64,000 nt of DNA. It comes from Sphingobacteriaceae bacterium. GTDB taxonomy: Bacteria > Bacteroidota > Bacteroidia > UBA7662. The notes beneath the pieces were generated by a model. The model saw nothing but the letters and a program-made list of their open reading frames with translations, was not told the DNA's origin and did no database searches. The first letter of the stretch is position 1. Each line of letters begins with the position of its first letter. The stretch lies in NCBI GenBank assembly GCA_013824115.1, contig PNNG01000027.1:20425-84424 (forward strand). Direction: 5' to 3'. The position numbers and the translations under genes were made by a program. Positions 1 to 9,394 of this stretch are shown one piece after another.

Positions 1-1479
1 GTGAACTTGGCGGTGCTTTCCGATAACGATCATCGCCAACTCAGAGGCAGCGGCATGGCTATGATATTTCAAGAACCCATGTCGGCGCTCAACCCAGTGA
101 TGCGCTGTGGCGAGCAAGTGGCAGAAGCGGTACGTCAGCATCACCAGCACTGGAGCGAGCAGCAGGTACAGAAGCAAGTTTTAGCGTTATTTGAAGAGGT
201 GCAATTGCCCCGTCCGCAGCAACTCATGCAATCGTACCCCCATGCCCTTAGTGGTGGACAACGCCAAAGGGTGATGATAGCCATGGCACTTGCCTGCGAA
301 CCCGCTTTATTGATTGCCGATGAACCTACCACGGCTTTGGATGTAACCGTGCAGGCCGGCATTTTAGCGCTTTTGAAAGAGTTAAGCCAAGCACGCGCTT
401 TAGGCGTATTGTTTATTACGCATGACTTGGGGGTGGTAGCACAATTGGCCGATGAGGTGGTGGTGCTTTACCGCGGAAATTTGGTTGAAAAGGGACCTAC
501 CCAGGCGCTTTTTGAATCTCCCCAACAAGCCTATACCCAGGGTTTATTGGCTTGTAAGCCCAGGATGCACGAACGCTTACTTCGTTTGCCCACCGTGGCC
601 GATTTTACAGAAAGGCAACATCCCTTTGTTTTTGAGGTAGAAGATGCTGGCCAACGCCAAAAACGACAGGAACAAATGTATGCTCAGCCGCCCATAGCGC
701 AGGTGAAGGATTTGTGTTTGTGGTACACCCAGAAGGGTGCTTTTTGGCAAAAAGACCAGGTGGTGAAAGCGGTCGATGGGGTAAGTTTCGATGTTTTTCC
801 CTGCGAAACCCTGGGTTTGGTGGGCGAATCGGGTTCGGGCAAAAGCACCATTGGCAGGGTAGTGGCAGGTTTGCTCACACCTACCAGCGGTGAGCTTATG
901 TATCGTGGAAAGGCTTATGCCGATTTGCAGGGAGAAGCTAAAAAGCTATTCAGACGGAAAGTACAGGTCATTTTTCAGGATCCTTATGGTAGCCTAAATC
1001 CACGCATGCGGGTAGGCGATGCCTTGGTCGAACCCTTGCACGTACACAAGCTTGTGAAAGGTACTGCCGCACGCGAAGCCAGGGTAAAGCAATTGCTCGA
1101 TCAAGTGGGTTTGCCTGCAGATGCAGCTCAACGCTATCCGCATGAGTTCAGCGGCGGACAACGCCAGCGCATTGTCATTGCTCGCTGTTTGGCCATGGAG
1201 CCTGAGTTCGTAGTTTGCGATGAAAGTGTGTCGGCGCTCGATGTATCGGTACAGGCTCAGGTGCTTAATCTACTAAAAAGTTTACAGCAGGAACTTAAGC
1301 TCACGTATATATTTATTTCACACGATATGTCGGTGGTTAAGCACCTTTCCGACCGTGTGATGGTTTTAAAACAAGGGAAATGCGAAGAGCTGCAAGAGGC
1401 CGATGCCTTGTATGCAGCTCCTCAATCGGCCTACAGCCAAAAACTGCTGGCGGCCATTCCCGAAATCAAATGGAACTAA
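1..1479 (+). CDS. ABC transporter ATP-binding protein with two tandem ATPase domains (Dpp/Opp/YejF-like); 5' end truncated by window edge
   Basis: Two Walker A motifs (e.g. GESGSGKST) and two LSGGQRQR signature motifs in one ORF; the ORF begins at position 1 with no start codon. Confidence 0.85.
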   Translation: MNLAVLSDNDHRQLRGSGMAMIFQEPMSALNPVMRCGEQVAEAVRQHHQHWSEQQVQKQVLALFEEVQLPRPQQLMQSYPHALSGGQRQRVMIAMALACEPALLIADEPTTALDVTVQAGILALLKELSQARALGVLFITHDLGVVAQLADEVVVLYRGNLVEKGPTQALFESPQQAYTQGLLACKPRMHERLLRLPTVADFTERQHPFVFEVEDAGQRQKRQEQMYAQPPIAQVKDLCLWYTQKGAFWQKDQVVKAVDGVSFDVFPCETLGLVGESGSGKSTIGRVVAGLLTPTSGELMYRGKAYADLQGEAKKLFRRKVQVIFQDPYGSLNPRMRVGDALVEPLHVHKLVKGTAAREARVKQLLDQVGLPADAAQRYPHEFSGGQRQRIVIARCLAMEPEFVVCDESVSALDVSVQAQVLNLLKSLQQELKLTYIFISHDMSVVKHLSDRVMVLKQGKCEELQEADALYAAPQSAYSQKLLAAIPEIKWN

Positions 1480-1480
1480 C

Positions 1481-3631
1481 ATGCCCAAATCAAATACCAA
1501 CAACCTCAAAAAACAGCTTTCGCAATTGAGCGATGAGGTATTGCGCTTTTATCGTTCTTCGAAGAGTGAAAAATCGTACAACTACCGCGAGGTAGCTGCC
1601 AAATTGCATATTACCGATGATATGGGCCGCGCCCTCATACAGCAAGTGGTTGAAAAGCTTTTTGCCCAAGAACAATTGGAAGAAGTGAGGCCTGGTTCTT
1701 TTCGCATCAGTCGCAAAGAAAGCACCCTCGAAGGGAGGGTTTCCATCACGGCCAAAGGCTTCGGCTTTTTGATTACCGAAGAAGGTGCCGACGATATTTT
1801 TATCCCCGAAACCAAGCTGCACAATGCCCTGCCCAACGATTTGGTGCGGGTGAAGGTAAAAAAAGGTAGGGGTGGACAAGGCCGCAAAGAAGCCGAAGTG
1901 CTTGAAGTGGTGGAGCGCCACCGCAGCTTCTTCGTGGGCATCATTCGCATTGGCGGAAAAGATGCTTTTGTAACGCCCGACAGCAAGGAAATAGCCGTCG
2001 ACATCATTGTACCGGCCGATAAGCGAGGCGCTGCCAAAGACGGACAAAAGGTGATTGTAAAATTCATCGATTGGCCCATCAACCGGCACAATCCCATTGG
2101 TGAAGTCACCGAAATATTGGGTTCACCGGGCGAACACGATACCGAAATGCTGTCGATTACAGCAGAATTTGGCTTCCACTTGCACTTTTCGCCACAGGCC
2201 ATTGCCCAGGCCGAGCAGTATAGCTTGGAGGTTTCGATTGAGGAAATCAAAAAGCGCCGTGATTTTAGGAGCATCACCACTTTTACCATCGACCCCGACG
2301 ATGCCAAGGACTTCGACGATGCCTTGTCGATTCAGTTCCTCGACAATGGCAATTACGAAATTGGGGTGCACATTGCCGACGTATCGCACTACGTGACGCC
2401 GGGCAGTCCGCTCGACCAAGAGGCATTCCGACGCGCTACTTCGGTGTATTTGGTCGACCGCGTGGTCCCCATGTTGCCCGAAAATCTGAGCAATATGGTG
2501 TGTTCGCTTCGTCCCCACGAAGAAAAGCTCACCTATTCAGCGGTTTTTGAAATGACGCCCAAAGGCGACATCCTCGATGAGTGGTTTGGTCGCACCGTCA
2601 TCAAATCGGATCACCGGTTTACCTACGACGAGGTGCAACAAATTATAGAAAAAGGAGAAGGACCGTTTTTGCGTGAAATAAATGTGCTCAATGGCTTGGC
2701 CTTGGAATTACGTGAAGACCGTTTCCGCCGGGGTTCAATTCGCTTTGAGTCGGAAGAGCTCAAGTTTAAGCTCGATGAAAATGGTAAACCCCTTTCTGTT
2801 TTCATCAAGGAACGGAAAGACGCCCATATGCTTATCGAAGATTTTATGTTATTGGCCAATCGCCGGGTAGCCCATTATGTCTCGGGTTTGTCGGGCGGAC
2901 AGTACAACGCCTCCTTCGTGTACCGTGTGCACGATTCGCCCGATATGGACCGACTTCGCAGCTTTGCCCGTTTTGTAGAACGATTCGGCTACAGCATCAA
3001 CACCCGCAGTCGCAAGGAAATCAGCCAGTCGTTTAACCAGCTGGTAGAAGATTTGGATGGCAAGGAGGAAGCCGACATCATAGAATCGATGGCTATTCGC
3101 ACCATGGCCAAAGCCATTTACACCACCAAAAATATTGGTCACTACGGCCTGGCCTTTCAGCATTACAGCCACTTTACTTCGCCCATTCGCCGTTATCCCG
3201 ACGTTTTGGTTCACCGCCTCCTCGATGCTTATATGGCCTCAGCCAAGCCGGTGCAGCAGGAAGCCCTCGAAAAGGAGTGCCTGCACTGCAGCGAGCGTGA
3301 ACGTGCAGCTACCCAGGCCGAGCGCGCTTCTACCAAGTACAAACAAATTGAAATGATTGTGGGCAGAGAAGGAGAGGAGTTTGAGGGTATGGTGAGCAGC
3401 ATCACCGATTTCGGCTTTTATGTGGTCATCGATTTTAACCACTGCGAAGGCCTTATCCGTTTTGCAGCCATGCATGACGATAAGTATTTCTTCGACGAAG
3501 ACGATTACTGCGTGATTGGCAACCGAAGTGGTAGGCGCATTCGTTTGGGACAAAAAGTCACCGTAGAACTGAAAAAGACCGATCTTCGTACCCGTCAAGT
3601 CGATTACGCATACATTCCACCGAAGAAATAA
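1481..3631 (+). CDS. rnr: Ribonuclease R (RNB-family 3'-5' exoribonuclease with C-terminal S1 domain)
   Basis: 742-aa ORF. ATG at 1481 lies 1 nt after the upstream stop. RNB catalytic core, cold-shock/S1-like ends and a basic C-terminal tail. Confidence 0.9.
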   Translation: MPKSNTNNLKKQLSQLSDEVLRFYRSSKSEKSYNYREVAAKLHITDDMGRALIQQVVEKLFAQEQLEEVRPGSFRISRKESTLEGRVSITAKGFGFLITEEGADDIFIPETKLHNALPNDLVRVKVKKGRGGQGRKEAEVLEVVERHRSFFVGIIRIGGKDAFVTPDSKEIAVDIIVPADKRGAAKDGQKVIVKFIDWPINRHNPIGEVTEILGSPGEHDTEMLSITAEFGFHLHFSPQAIAQAEQYSLEVSIEEIKKRRDFRSITTFTIDPDDAKDFDDALSIQFLDNGNYEIGVHIADVSHYVTPGSPLDQEAFRRATSVYLVDRVVPMLPENLSNMVCSLRPHEEKLTYSAVFEMTPKGDILDEWFGRTVIKSDHRFTYDEVQQIIEKGEGPFLREINVLNGLALELREDRFRRGSIRFESEELKFKLDENGKPLSVFIKERKDAHMLIEDFMLLANRRVAHYVSGLSGGQYNASFVYRVHDSPDMDRLRSFARFVERFGYSINTRSRKEISQSFNQLVEDLDGKEEADIIESMAIRTMAKAIYTTKNIGHYGLAFQHYSHFTSPIRRYPDVLVHRLLDAYMASAKPVQQEALEKECLHCSERERAATQAERASTKYKQIEMIVGREGEEFEGMVSSITDFGFYVVIDFNHCEGLIRFAAMHDDKYFFDEDDYCVIGNRSGRRIRLGQKVTVELKKTDLRTRQVDYAYIPPKK

Positions 3632-4623
3632 TGAACGCTTCAGCCCCTTTGAAACACCACCTTGAGCAACTCCGGTTGGAGCTGCAGCACGAATTAAATC
3701 AGCTGCATTTGCCAGCACACCCGCAGCGCTTGTACGAACCCATCCGCTATTTTCTTGATTTGGGTGGCAAGCGATTGCGACCGGTTTTGAGTTTGTTGGC
3801 CGCCGAATTGTTTGGTGCACCGCGCAGTTTGGCCATGGGACCGGCCTTGGCGGTGGAGCTTTTTCATAACTTCACCCTCTTGCACGACGATATCATGGAT
3901 GAAGCGCCCCTGCGTCGCGGAAAACCTACGGTGCACGAAAAATACAACCGCGACGTAGCCATTCTTTCGGGCGATGCGCTGATGGTTTTGGCCTATGAGC
4001 AATTGTTGAAGGCACCGGCGAACGCAGTGCCCTCGCTGTTGGCTGTAATGAACAAGGTAGCCTTGGAAGTATGTGAAGGACAGCAGTACGACATGGATTT
4101 TCAATCGATGGACGAAGTGACCACCCCTGAATACATGCGGATGATCAAGTTAAAAACTTCGGTACTGTTGGGTGCAGCCTTGCAAATGGGCGCCATTGTA
4201 GCCAGTGCCAGTGAGGCCGACCAGGCACGCGTGTATGAGTTTGGCGTATTAACCGGACTGGCCTTTCAGGTACAAGACGATTTGTTGGATGTATTCGGCG
4301 ACCCTGCCAAGTTTGGAAAGAAGCCCGGCGGCGATATTTTGGCCAATAAGAATACCTTTTTGCGTGTAAAGGCCATGGAAGTGGCCGACGAAGCGGGAGT
4401 GCTGGCGCTTCAAAGTTTGTATGCAGCACCCAATTCAGAAGCCAAAGTGCAGGAAATTACGCACTTTTTCCGCCAATGGGGTATTCGCGAATTGGCCGAA
4501 GCCGAAATGAAACTCCTGCTTGAACAGGCTTTTGAGCAGTTAAATGCTTTAGAAGGTGTTGATGAGCATGCGCGCCAAGTGCTTCGTGCTTTCGCAGCCT
4601 ATTTGATAGCCCGAGAGGAATAA
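3631..4623 (+). CDS. Polyprenyl diphosphate synthase (trans-isoprenyl diphosphate synthase family)
   Basis: Two aspartate-rich motifs, LLHDDIMDE and FQVQDDLLD. Its start overlaps the rnr stop. Confidence 0.85.
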   Translation: MNASAPLKHHLEQLRLELQHELNQLHLPAHPQRLYEPIRYFLDLGGKRLRPVLSLLAAELFGAPRSLAMGPALAVELFHNFTLLHDDIMDEAPLRRGKPTVHEKYNRDVAILSGDALMVLAYEQLLKAPANAVPSLLAVMNKVALEVCEGQQYDMDFQSMDEVTTPEYMRMIKLKTSVLLGAALQMGAIVASASEADQARVYEFGVLTGLAFQVQDDLLDVFGDPAKFGKKPGGDILANKNTFLRVKAMEVADEAGVLALQSLYAAPNSEAKVQEITHFFRQWGIRELAEAEMKLLLEQAFEQLNALEGVDEHARQVLRAFAAYLIAREE

Positions 4624-4640
4624 GCAGGCTGCAAGCTCAT

Positions 4641-4677
4641 AAAAAAAGCCCCGAATTTGCATTCGGGGCTTTTTTGT
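4641..4677. terminator. Bidirectional Rho-independent terminator between the polyprenyl synthase gene (+) and rpmA (-)
   Basis: Hairpin AGCCCCGAAT...ATTCGGGGCT (4648-4670) with an A-run on one side and a T-run on the other. Confidence 0.6.
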
Positions 4678-4689
4678 GAAGAAGCAATT

Positions 4690-4962
4690 TTAGTTGGCTT
4701 CTTCGGTGGCAACAGGGATAACCGATACAAAAGAACGGTCCGACTGGCCTTTTTTGAATTCTACCTTACCGTCAACAAGGGCGAAAAGGGTGTGGTCTTT
4801 ACCGATACCTACATTCTGACCAGGGTGGTGCTTGGTGCCACGCTGACGAACGATGATATTTCCGCTGGCAGCGAATTGACCTCCGTAGATCTTTACGCCC
4901 AGTCGTTTGCTTTCTGATTCGCGTCCGTTCTTCGAACTACCGACGCCTTTCTTGTGAGCCAT
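4690..4962 (-). CDS. rpmA: 50S ribosomal protein L27
   Basis: [24 protein letters not shown]... matches the conserved L27 N-terminus. Confidence 0.95.
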   Translation of the reverse strand: MAHKKGVGSSKNGRESESKRLGVKIYGGQFAASGNIIVRQRGTKHHPGQNVGIGKDHTLFALVDGKVEFKKGQSDRSFVSVIPVATEEAN

Positions 4963-4982
4963 GGATTATTTTCTCCTGTGGT

Positions 4983-5291
4983 TTAACCGATTGATTCGAT
5001 GGTGATTTTGGTAAAGGATTGACGGTGACCGTTCAATTTCTGATAACCTTTACGACGCTTTTTCTTGAATACCAGCACTTTGTCGCCTTTCAGGTGAGAA
5101 ACGACTTTGGCTGAGATGGTGGTACCGGACACATAAGGTGCGCCAACTTGAACGCTGCTGTCATCGCTTACCAAAAGCACTTTGTCGAGGGTAATGGTAG
5201 TACCTTCTTCAGCGGGTAAACGATGCACATACACGTGCTGGTTCTTTGAAACCTTAAATTGTTGTCCTTGAATGTCAACAATGGCAAACAT
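4983..5291 (-). CDS. rplU: 50S ribosomal protein L21
   Basis: MFAIVDIQGQQFKV... matches the L21 N-terminus. Lies directly upstream of rpmA on the same strand (conserved rplU-rpmA pair). Confidence 0.95.
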   Translation of the reverse strand: MFAIVDIQGQQFKVSKNQHVYVHRLPAEEGTTITLDKVLLVSDDSSVQVGAPYVSGTTISAKVVSHLKGDKVLVFKKKRRKGYQKLNGHRQSFTKITIESIG

Positions 5292-5359
5292 TTTCGTGCG
5301 AATTTTAGAACTGCAAAGATAGCAGATGGAATTGAATTACAAAGCAGCGAGCAAAAAAG

Positions 5360-7711
5360 CTAGAAAGGGAAATTGATTCCCAGGTTCAAACTCGTGAAAG
5401 GATAGCGCCCTGTGGTAGGGGCATTGAGGTTTAATTCGTTTCTCCAATCGTTTTGTCTCCAGTTTTTATCGATCAAATGGGCAATCACCCAACGGTTACC
5501 TGAGGTGAATGCCGGGTCGTGTACTTTAAGTCCCATATCTACCCGGATGACGAAATAGGTAAAATCGTAGCGCAAGCCAAATCCTGTACCTACGGCAATT
5601 TCTTTGTAAAAACGGTTGAAGGCAAAGTTGGCCACCTCCCCCTTGGCCGCAGTGGTGTCTTTCAACGTCCAAATGTTTCCGGCATCTAAAAATACAGCTC
5701 CTTGAAATTTGCCGAAAATAGGGAATCGCTGCTCCAAATTGCCTTCTAAGCGCATTTCACCAAATTGATCAAGCCGAGCTCCGTAGACGCCATATCCTCC
5801 CGGACCCACAGAACGCGCCAACCAGGCACGGATGCTGTTGGTTCCTCCGGCAAAATAGCGCTTTTCGAGTGGCAGGATGATGGAGTTTTGCAGCGGCAAT
5901 CCCACCCCAATGAATATGCGCGATGCCAATTTGGTGTGCTCGCCCTGCTGCCAATGCTTGCGGTATTCTAAGTCGGCACGGATATACTGGAAATAAGGAA
6001 GTCCGAGCAAGGTCCGCGGATTTTGCCCTTCCTGAAAATCAAAAGCCCTGTAAATAGCGTGCAGCGCATTGCCAGCAAACTCCATATTTACCCGCATGAA
6101 AGTTCCCCGGGTGTTGATATTGTCGACCGAGTATGCAAAACGCGAAGCCAGGTTGATATAATTGGTAAAGCTGAACTGTAAAAACGGATCCTGGATTTGG
6201 TTCAATACATCAGACAGGTTTTGGCTGATGCGGGCAGTACGTGCAAAAGAAATTTCGGCGGGAAATACCTCAAATCGCTCGCGGGCTCTATTCATCCACA
6301 AATAACCAATGTTCGTTTGGAAAACTTCGCGGGTGAAATCCAAGCGGATTTGCCTGCTGTAATTGATGCCTAAGCGGGTACGGGGTGCAGTATAAAACCG
6401 GTTGTTCCAACTGTTAAATGGCCATAAAAAACGCGGAATAGTCAAGGAGGTGCCAAAACCAAATTCAAGGGTGTTGAAAGTGGTACGCGATAGTACATCG
6501 GTATTGGTTACGTTTTGCTGCGATTCAACACCGGCATTTAAGCGAAACTCGAGCAGTTCGCCGCCTTTCAGCACATTCCGGCGCAGCTCGGTGATTCCCC
6601 CCGAAATACCAAAGAGCGAAATGGAATTGGTAGAAACTTCGCTATCGAATTTTAATTGCCGTTTGGGACTTGGCGTTAAATTCATGAGCACATTCAAAGT
6701 GCGATTGGAGTCGTTGGGCACAATTCGAATGTTGTTGTAATTGTATACTTTCAAGTCGGAAATACGGCTTTGGGTAAGTCGCATGGCCGATTCGCTGAAG
6801 TTGGTTCCTTTTCTGAATAGCAGGTTTTGTACAAGAATTTCTTTGCTGATGCTGGAGGGTATGCGGTCAACGAAATAGTAACCCGCCCTTTCGGTGGTGT
6901 CCTGCTCGTTGGAGGGCTGTTGCGATTGAAAAACCTGATAATCTACATTGACTACAATGCTATCGAAACGAAAGGGCTCAAAGTAAAAGCGCTCTTTTGG
7001 GCGCTTGATGCGTATATTGATGTTGACTTGGTGGTTGCCAGCAGAGGTGTCAACGTCGTAAAAAATCAAATCGCGATTGAAGTAGAAAAAACCTTGTTCG
7101 CGCAAATAGTTAGCCAGAGTGCCTCTGCCGCGCGAAAGCTCATCGGCATCGTAGGCTTGTCCGTTGCTTAACGGGAATTGTCGGCTTTCATACAAATGAA
7201 ACAGCACAAAGGGGTCGATAGGCGACTGTGTGGGAATGTAATTGATTTGCTTTACGCTGTAGCGTGGTCCGGGTGTGATGCGGTAATGCACCCTGGCTTT
7301 TTTAGCATTTCGAGCATGAGGTTCTACAACGGTTTCCACTTTGCCGAAAAAATAGCCTTTATCGCGCAGGTAGCGGTCTAAATTGGTACGGCTTTCAAAC
7401 AGTTGGGTGGAGTCGAGCAGTGCAGGTGGTTCGCCCAAGCTTTCGTTTACCCGGTTCCAAAATGAAGAAGTACGGCCACGGGTAGCCCGTTGATGGATCC
7501 ATGCTTTGCTTCTGAAAACGCCTAAAAATTTCCGATTTGCCCTTGGCCGAATGAATGAGTGCATTTCGGTTTTTTGCAATTTATCGATGCCGCTTATCTT
7601 GTTTCTCGTTACCAAAACCTCATCTTCGTAGAGCGATTTGGTGACATTGCAGCTGCCCAGAAGCAACAAGGCAATCAACAGAAAACAGCGACGGTTAACA
7701 ATAAATTTCAA
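5360..7711 (-). CDS. Omp85-family outer-membrane protein (BamA/TamA-like bacterial surface antigen)
   Basis: About 800 aa with a signal/lipoprotein-like N-terminus (RRCFLLIALLLLGSC). The C-terminal beta-barrel ends in the aromatic residues ...GINFPF. The likely start is a TTG near 7711; the tracked ORF extends to 7849. Confidence 0.7.
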   Translation of the reverse strand: MKFIVNRRCFLLIALLLLGSCNVTKSLYEDEVLVTRNKISGIDKLQKTEMHSFIRPRANRKFLGVFRSKAWIHQRATRGRTSSFWNRVNESLGEPPALLDSTQLFESRTNLDRYLRDKGYFFGKVETVVEPHARNAKKARVHYRITPGPRYSVKQINYIPTQSPIDPFVLFHLYESRQFPLSNGQAYDADELSRGRGTLANYLREQGFFYFNRDLIFYDVDTSAGNHQVNINIRIKRPKERFYFEPFRFDSIVVNVDYQVFQSQQPSNEQDTTERAGYYFVDRIPSSISKEILVQNLLFRKGTNFSESAMRLTQSRISDLKVYNYNNIRIVPNDSNRTLNVLMNLTPSPKRQLKFDSEVSTNSISLFGISGGITELRRNVLKGGELLEFRLNAGVESQQNVTNTDVLSRTTFNTLEFGFGTSLTIPRFLWPFNSWNNRFYTAPRTRLGINYSRQIRLDFTREVFQTNIGYLWMNRARERFEVFPAEISFARTARISQNLSDVLNQIQDPFLQFSFTNYINLASRFAYSVDNINTRGTFMRVNMEFAGNALHAIYRAFDFQEGQNPRTLLGLPYFQYIRADLEYRKHWQQGEHTKLASRIFIGVGLPLQNSIILPLEKRYFAGGTNSIRAWLARSVGPGGYGVYGARLDQFGEMRLEGNLEQRFPIFGKFQGAVFLDAGNIWTLKDTTAAKGEVANFAFNRFYKEIAVGTGFGLRYDFTYFVIRVDMGLKVHDPAFTSGNRWVIAHLIDKNWRQNDWRNELNLNAPTTGRYPFTSLNLGINFPF

Positions 7712-7715
7712 AACA

Positions 7716-8459
7716 ATGCTCAGCAAGGCGGAGGTAAAGATAATTGCTTCTCTCAAACTCAAGAAAAATAGACAAGAAACAGGACTATTTGTAGTAGAAG
7801 GAGAAAAAACCGTGGAAGAAGCACTCCTGGCAGGCTGGACGTGCGACAAGTTACTGCTAAAAGAAGGTTATCAAGAAAAACTCAAACCGGTTTCGACATT
7901 GCATCAGCAGCAGGTGCTCTTGGTTTCTGAAGAAAATATGGAGCGCATGACCCAGCTGTCATCGCCTTCACCTGTTTTAGGTGTATTCAGGCAACAAAGC
8001 TTGCCTTGGACCTGGAAAGCTGGCGATTCAAATTTTGTGCTTTTGTTGGACCAATTGCGCGATCCGGGCAACTTAGGTACCATCATACGCATAGCCGATT
8101 GGTTTGGACTGGCAGGTGTATTTTGCAGCAACGAAAGTGTGGAGCTGTGGAATAGCAAAACCATTCAGGCTTCTATGGGTAGCATTTTCAGGGTGCCTGT
8201 ACAGTACGGCGATGCTATGGAATTTGCTCGTGAGGCCAAGGCCGGCGAGTTGTATGCAACCGTATTGGGGGGTACCGATTTGCGCGCGCAAAAGCCGGGT
8301 GTAGGAGGAATCGTGATGGTGGGCAGCGAATCGTTCGGATTATCGCCGGCCCTGCAAAAAATGGCAGGCCAACAACTTACCATACCGTCGTTTGGGAAAG
8401 CCGAATCATTGAATGCCGCCGTTGCCACGGGCATTGTATGTGCTTGGCTACGCAGTTAG
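7716..8459 (+). CDS. TrmH/SpoU-family RNA 2'-O-methyltransferase
   Basis: SPOUT-fold motifs in the C-terminal half (GNLGTIIRIADWFG, IVMVGSESFGL, ESLNAAVATGI). Probable start at the internal Met MLSKAEVKII. Confidence 0.8.
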   Translation: MLSKAEVKIIASLKLKKNRQETGLFVVEGEKTVEEALLAGWTCDKLLLKEGYQEKLKPVSTLHQQQVLLVSEENMERMTQLSSPSPVLGVFRQQSLPWTWKAGDSNFVLLLDQLRDPGNLGTIIRIADWFGLAGVFCSNESVELWNSKTIQASMGSIFRVPVQYGDAMEFAREAKAGELYATVLGGTDLRAQKPGVGGIVMVGSESFGLSPALQKMAGQQLTIPSFGKAESLNAAVATGIVCAWLRS

Positions 8460-9385
8460 GGCTTTTGTAAACCCGATTTTTTGTTCGGATCGGCCTTCAC
8501 CTTGGGTGTTTGTTCGGGCATGCGTACATCCACATTGTCTTGGTACATCCATTTGCTCTTTTTCCACACAAAAGCATTGAAGCTGCCATCGGGCACGTCG
8601 TCGTAGCCATATCCGGTATTTTCGGCATGGCGAGGCACCAAATTGTCGAATACAATGCGTTGAATACTGGCTTCGTACCGTAACTGTGCCGTTACATCGG
8701 CTGCATATTCTATGTAGTAGCGGTGTTTGGTGCCTTTGGGCGTTTGAAAGAGTGGCGCACCGAAGTGGGCTACGCCTTGCTTGTCGAACCACAACAACTC
8801 AATCATTTTGCGGCGCGAAAAAGGTTCGTGTTGGTCGTAGCCAATGAGTGTATAGTAGGTAACTCCTTTCACTTTTTTGATTTCGGGAACCACCTGAAAA
8901 TAGGCCGCACCATACCAACTTTTGTGGTTGAAAGTGGTGTCGTCGCGACCTAAAAATTCATCACTGCGGTCGAGCAGGGGAATAACCCTTGCGGGCTTTT
9001 CATTAGTGAGAATGCAACCGAAATGCCTCATGGTTCCCATTTCTTGCTTGACTTGCCAAGTGAAAATGCGGTATTTGCGGTCGGGCGTATAAAGCTTGCT
9101 GATGAATCGCAGGGAGTCGAAGGGGAAATCGAAGGCTCCATCGATACGCAAGCTCCGAACCAGGCCACGAATGAATAGGTAGTTGGCATCATTGCGGTCG
9201 AAAGTACTATCGCCATATTGTGCCCAGTACATGAGCTCAGTAAGCCGTATTTGCTCGTCGTACAATTCCTGATCGAAGCTGCGATCCATCACCCCGTCGG
9301 GGGTCTGGGCTTCGAGCGAAATCAAGCTGCTACCACAGAGCAAAAGCGTAAGTAGAAAAATGCGCATGTGAACTTTAACCAACAT
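8456..9385 (-). CDS. Hypothetical secreted protein
   Basis: N-terminal signal peptide (MRIFLLTLLLCGSSLISLEA). No family recognised. Confidence 0.45.
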   Translation of the reverse strand: MLVKVHMRIFLLTLLLCGSSLISLEAQTPDGVMDRSFDQELYDEQIRLTELMYWAQYGDSTFDRNDANYLFIRGLVRSLRIDGAFDFPFDSLRFISKLYTPDRKYRIFTWQVKQEMGTMRHFGCILTNEKPARVIPLLDRSDEFLGRDDTTFNHKSWYGAAYFQVVPEIKKVKGVTYYTLIGYDQHEPFSRRKMIELLWFDKQGVAHFGAPLFQTPKGTKHRYYIEYAADVTAQLRYEASIQRIVFDNLVPRHAENTGYGYDDVPDGSFNAFVWKKSKWMYQDNVDVRMPEQTPKVKADPNKKSGLQKP

Positions 9386-9394
9386 GCCGCAAAT

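Noticed and set aside
1490-2518. Minus-strand ORFs of 199, 241 and 131 aa overlapping rnr
   Set aside because: Embedded antisense in a highly conserved RNase R coding region; no independent evidence
5292-5359. Looked for a terminator downstream of the Omp85-family gene
   Set aside because: No convincing stem-loop/T-run; the gene may read through into the rplU-rpmA unit or use a Rho-dependent stop
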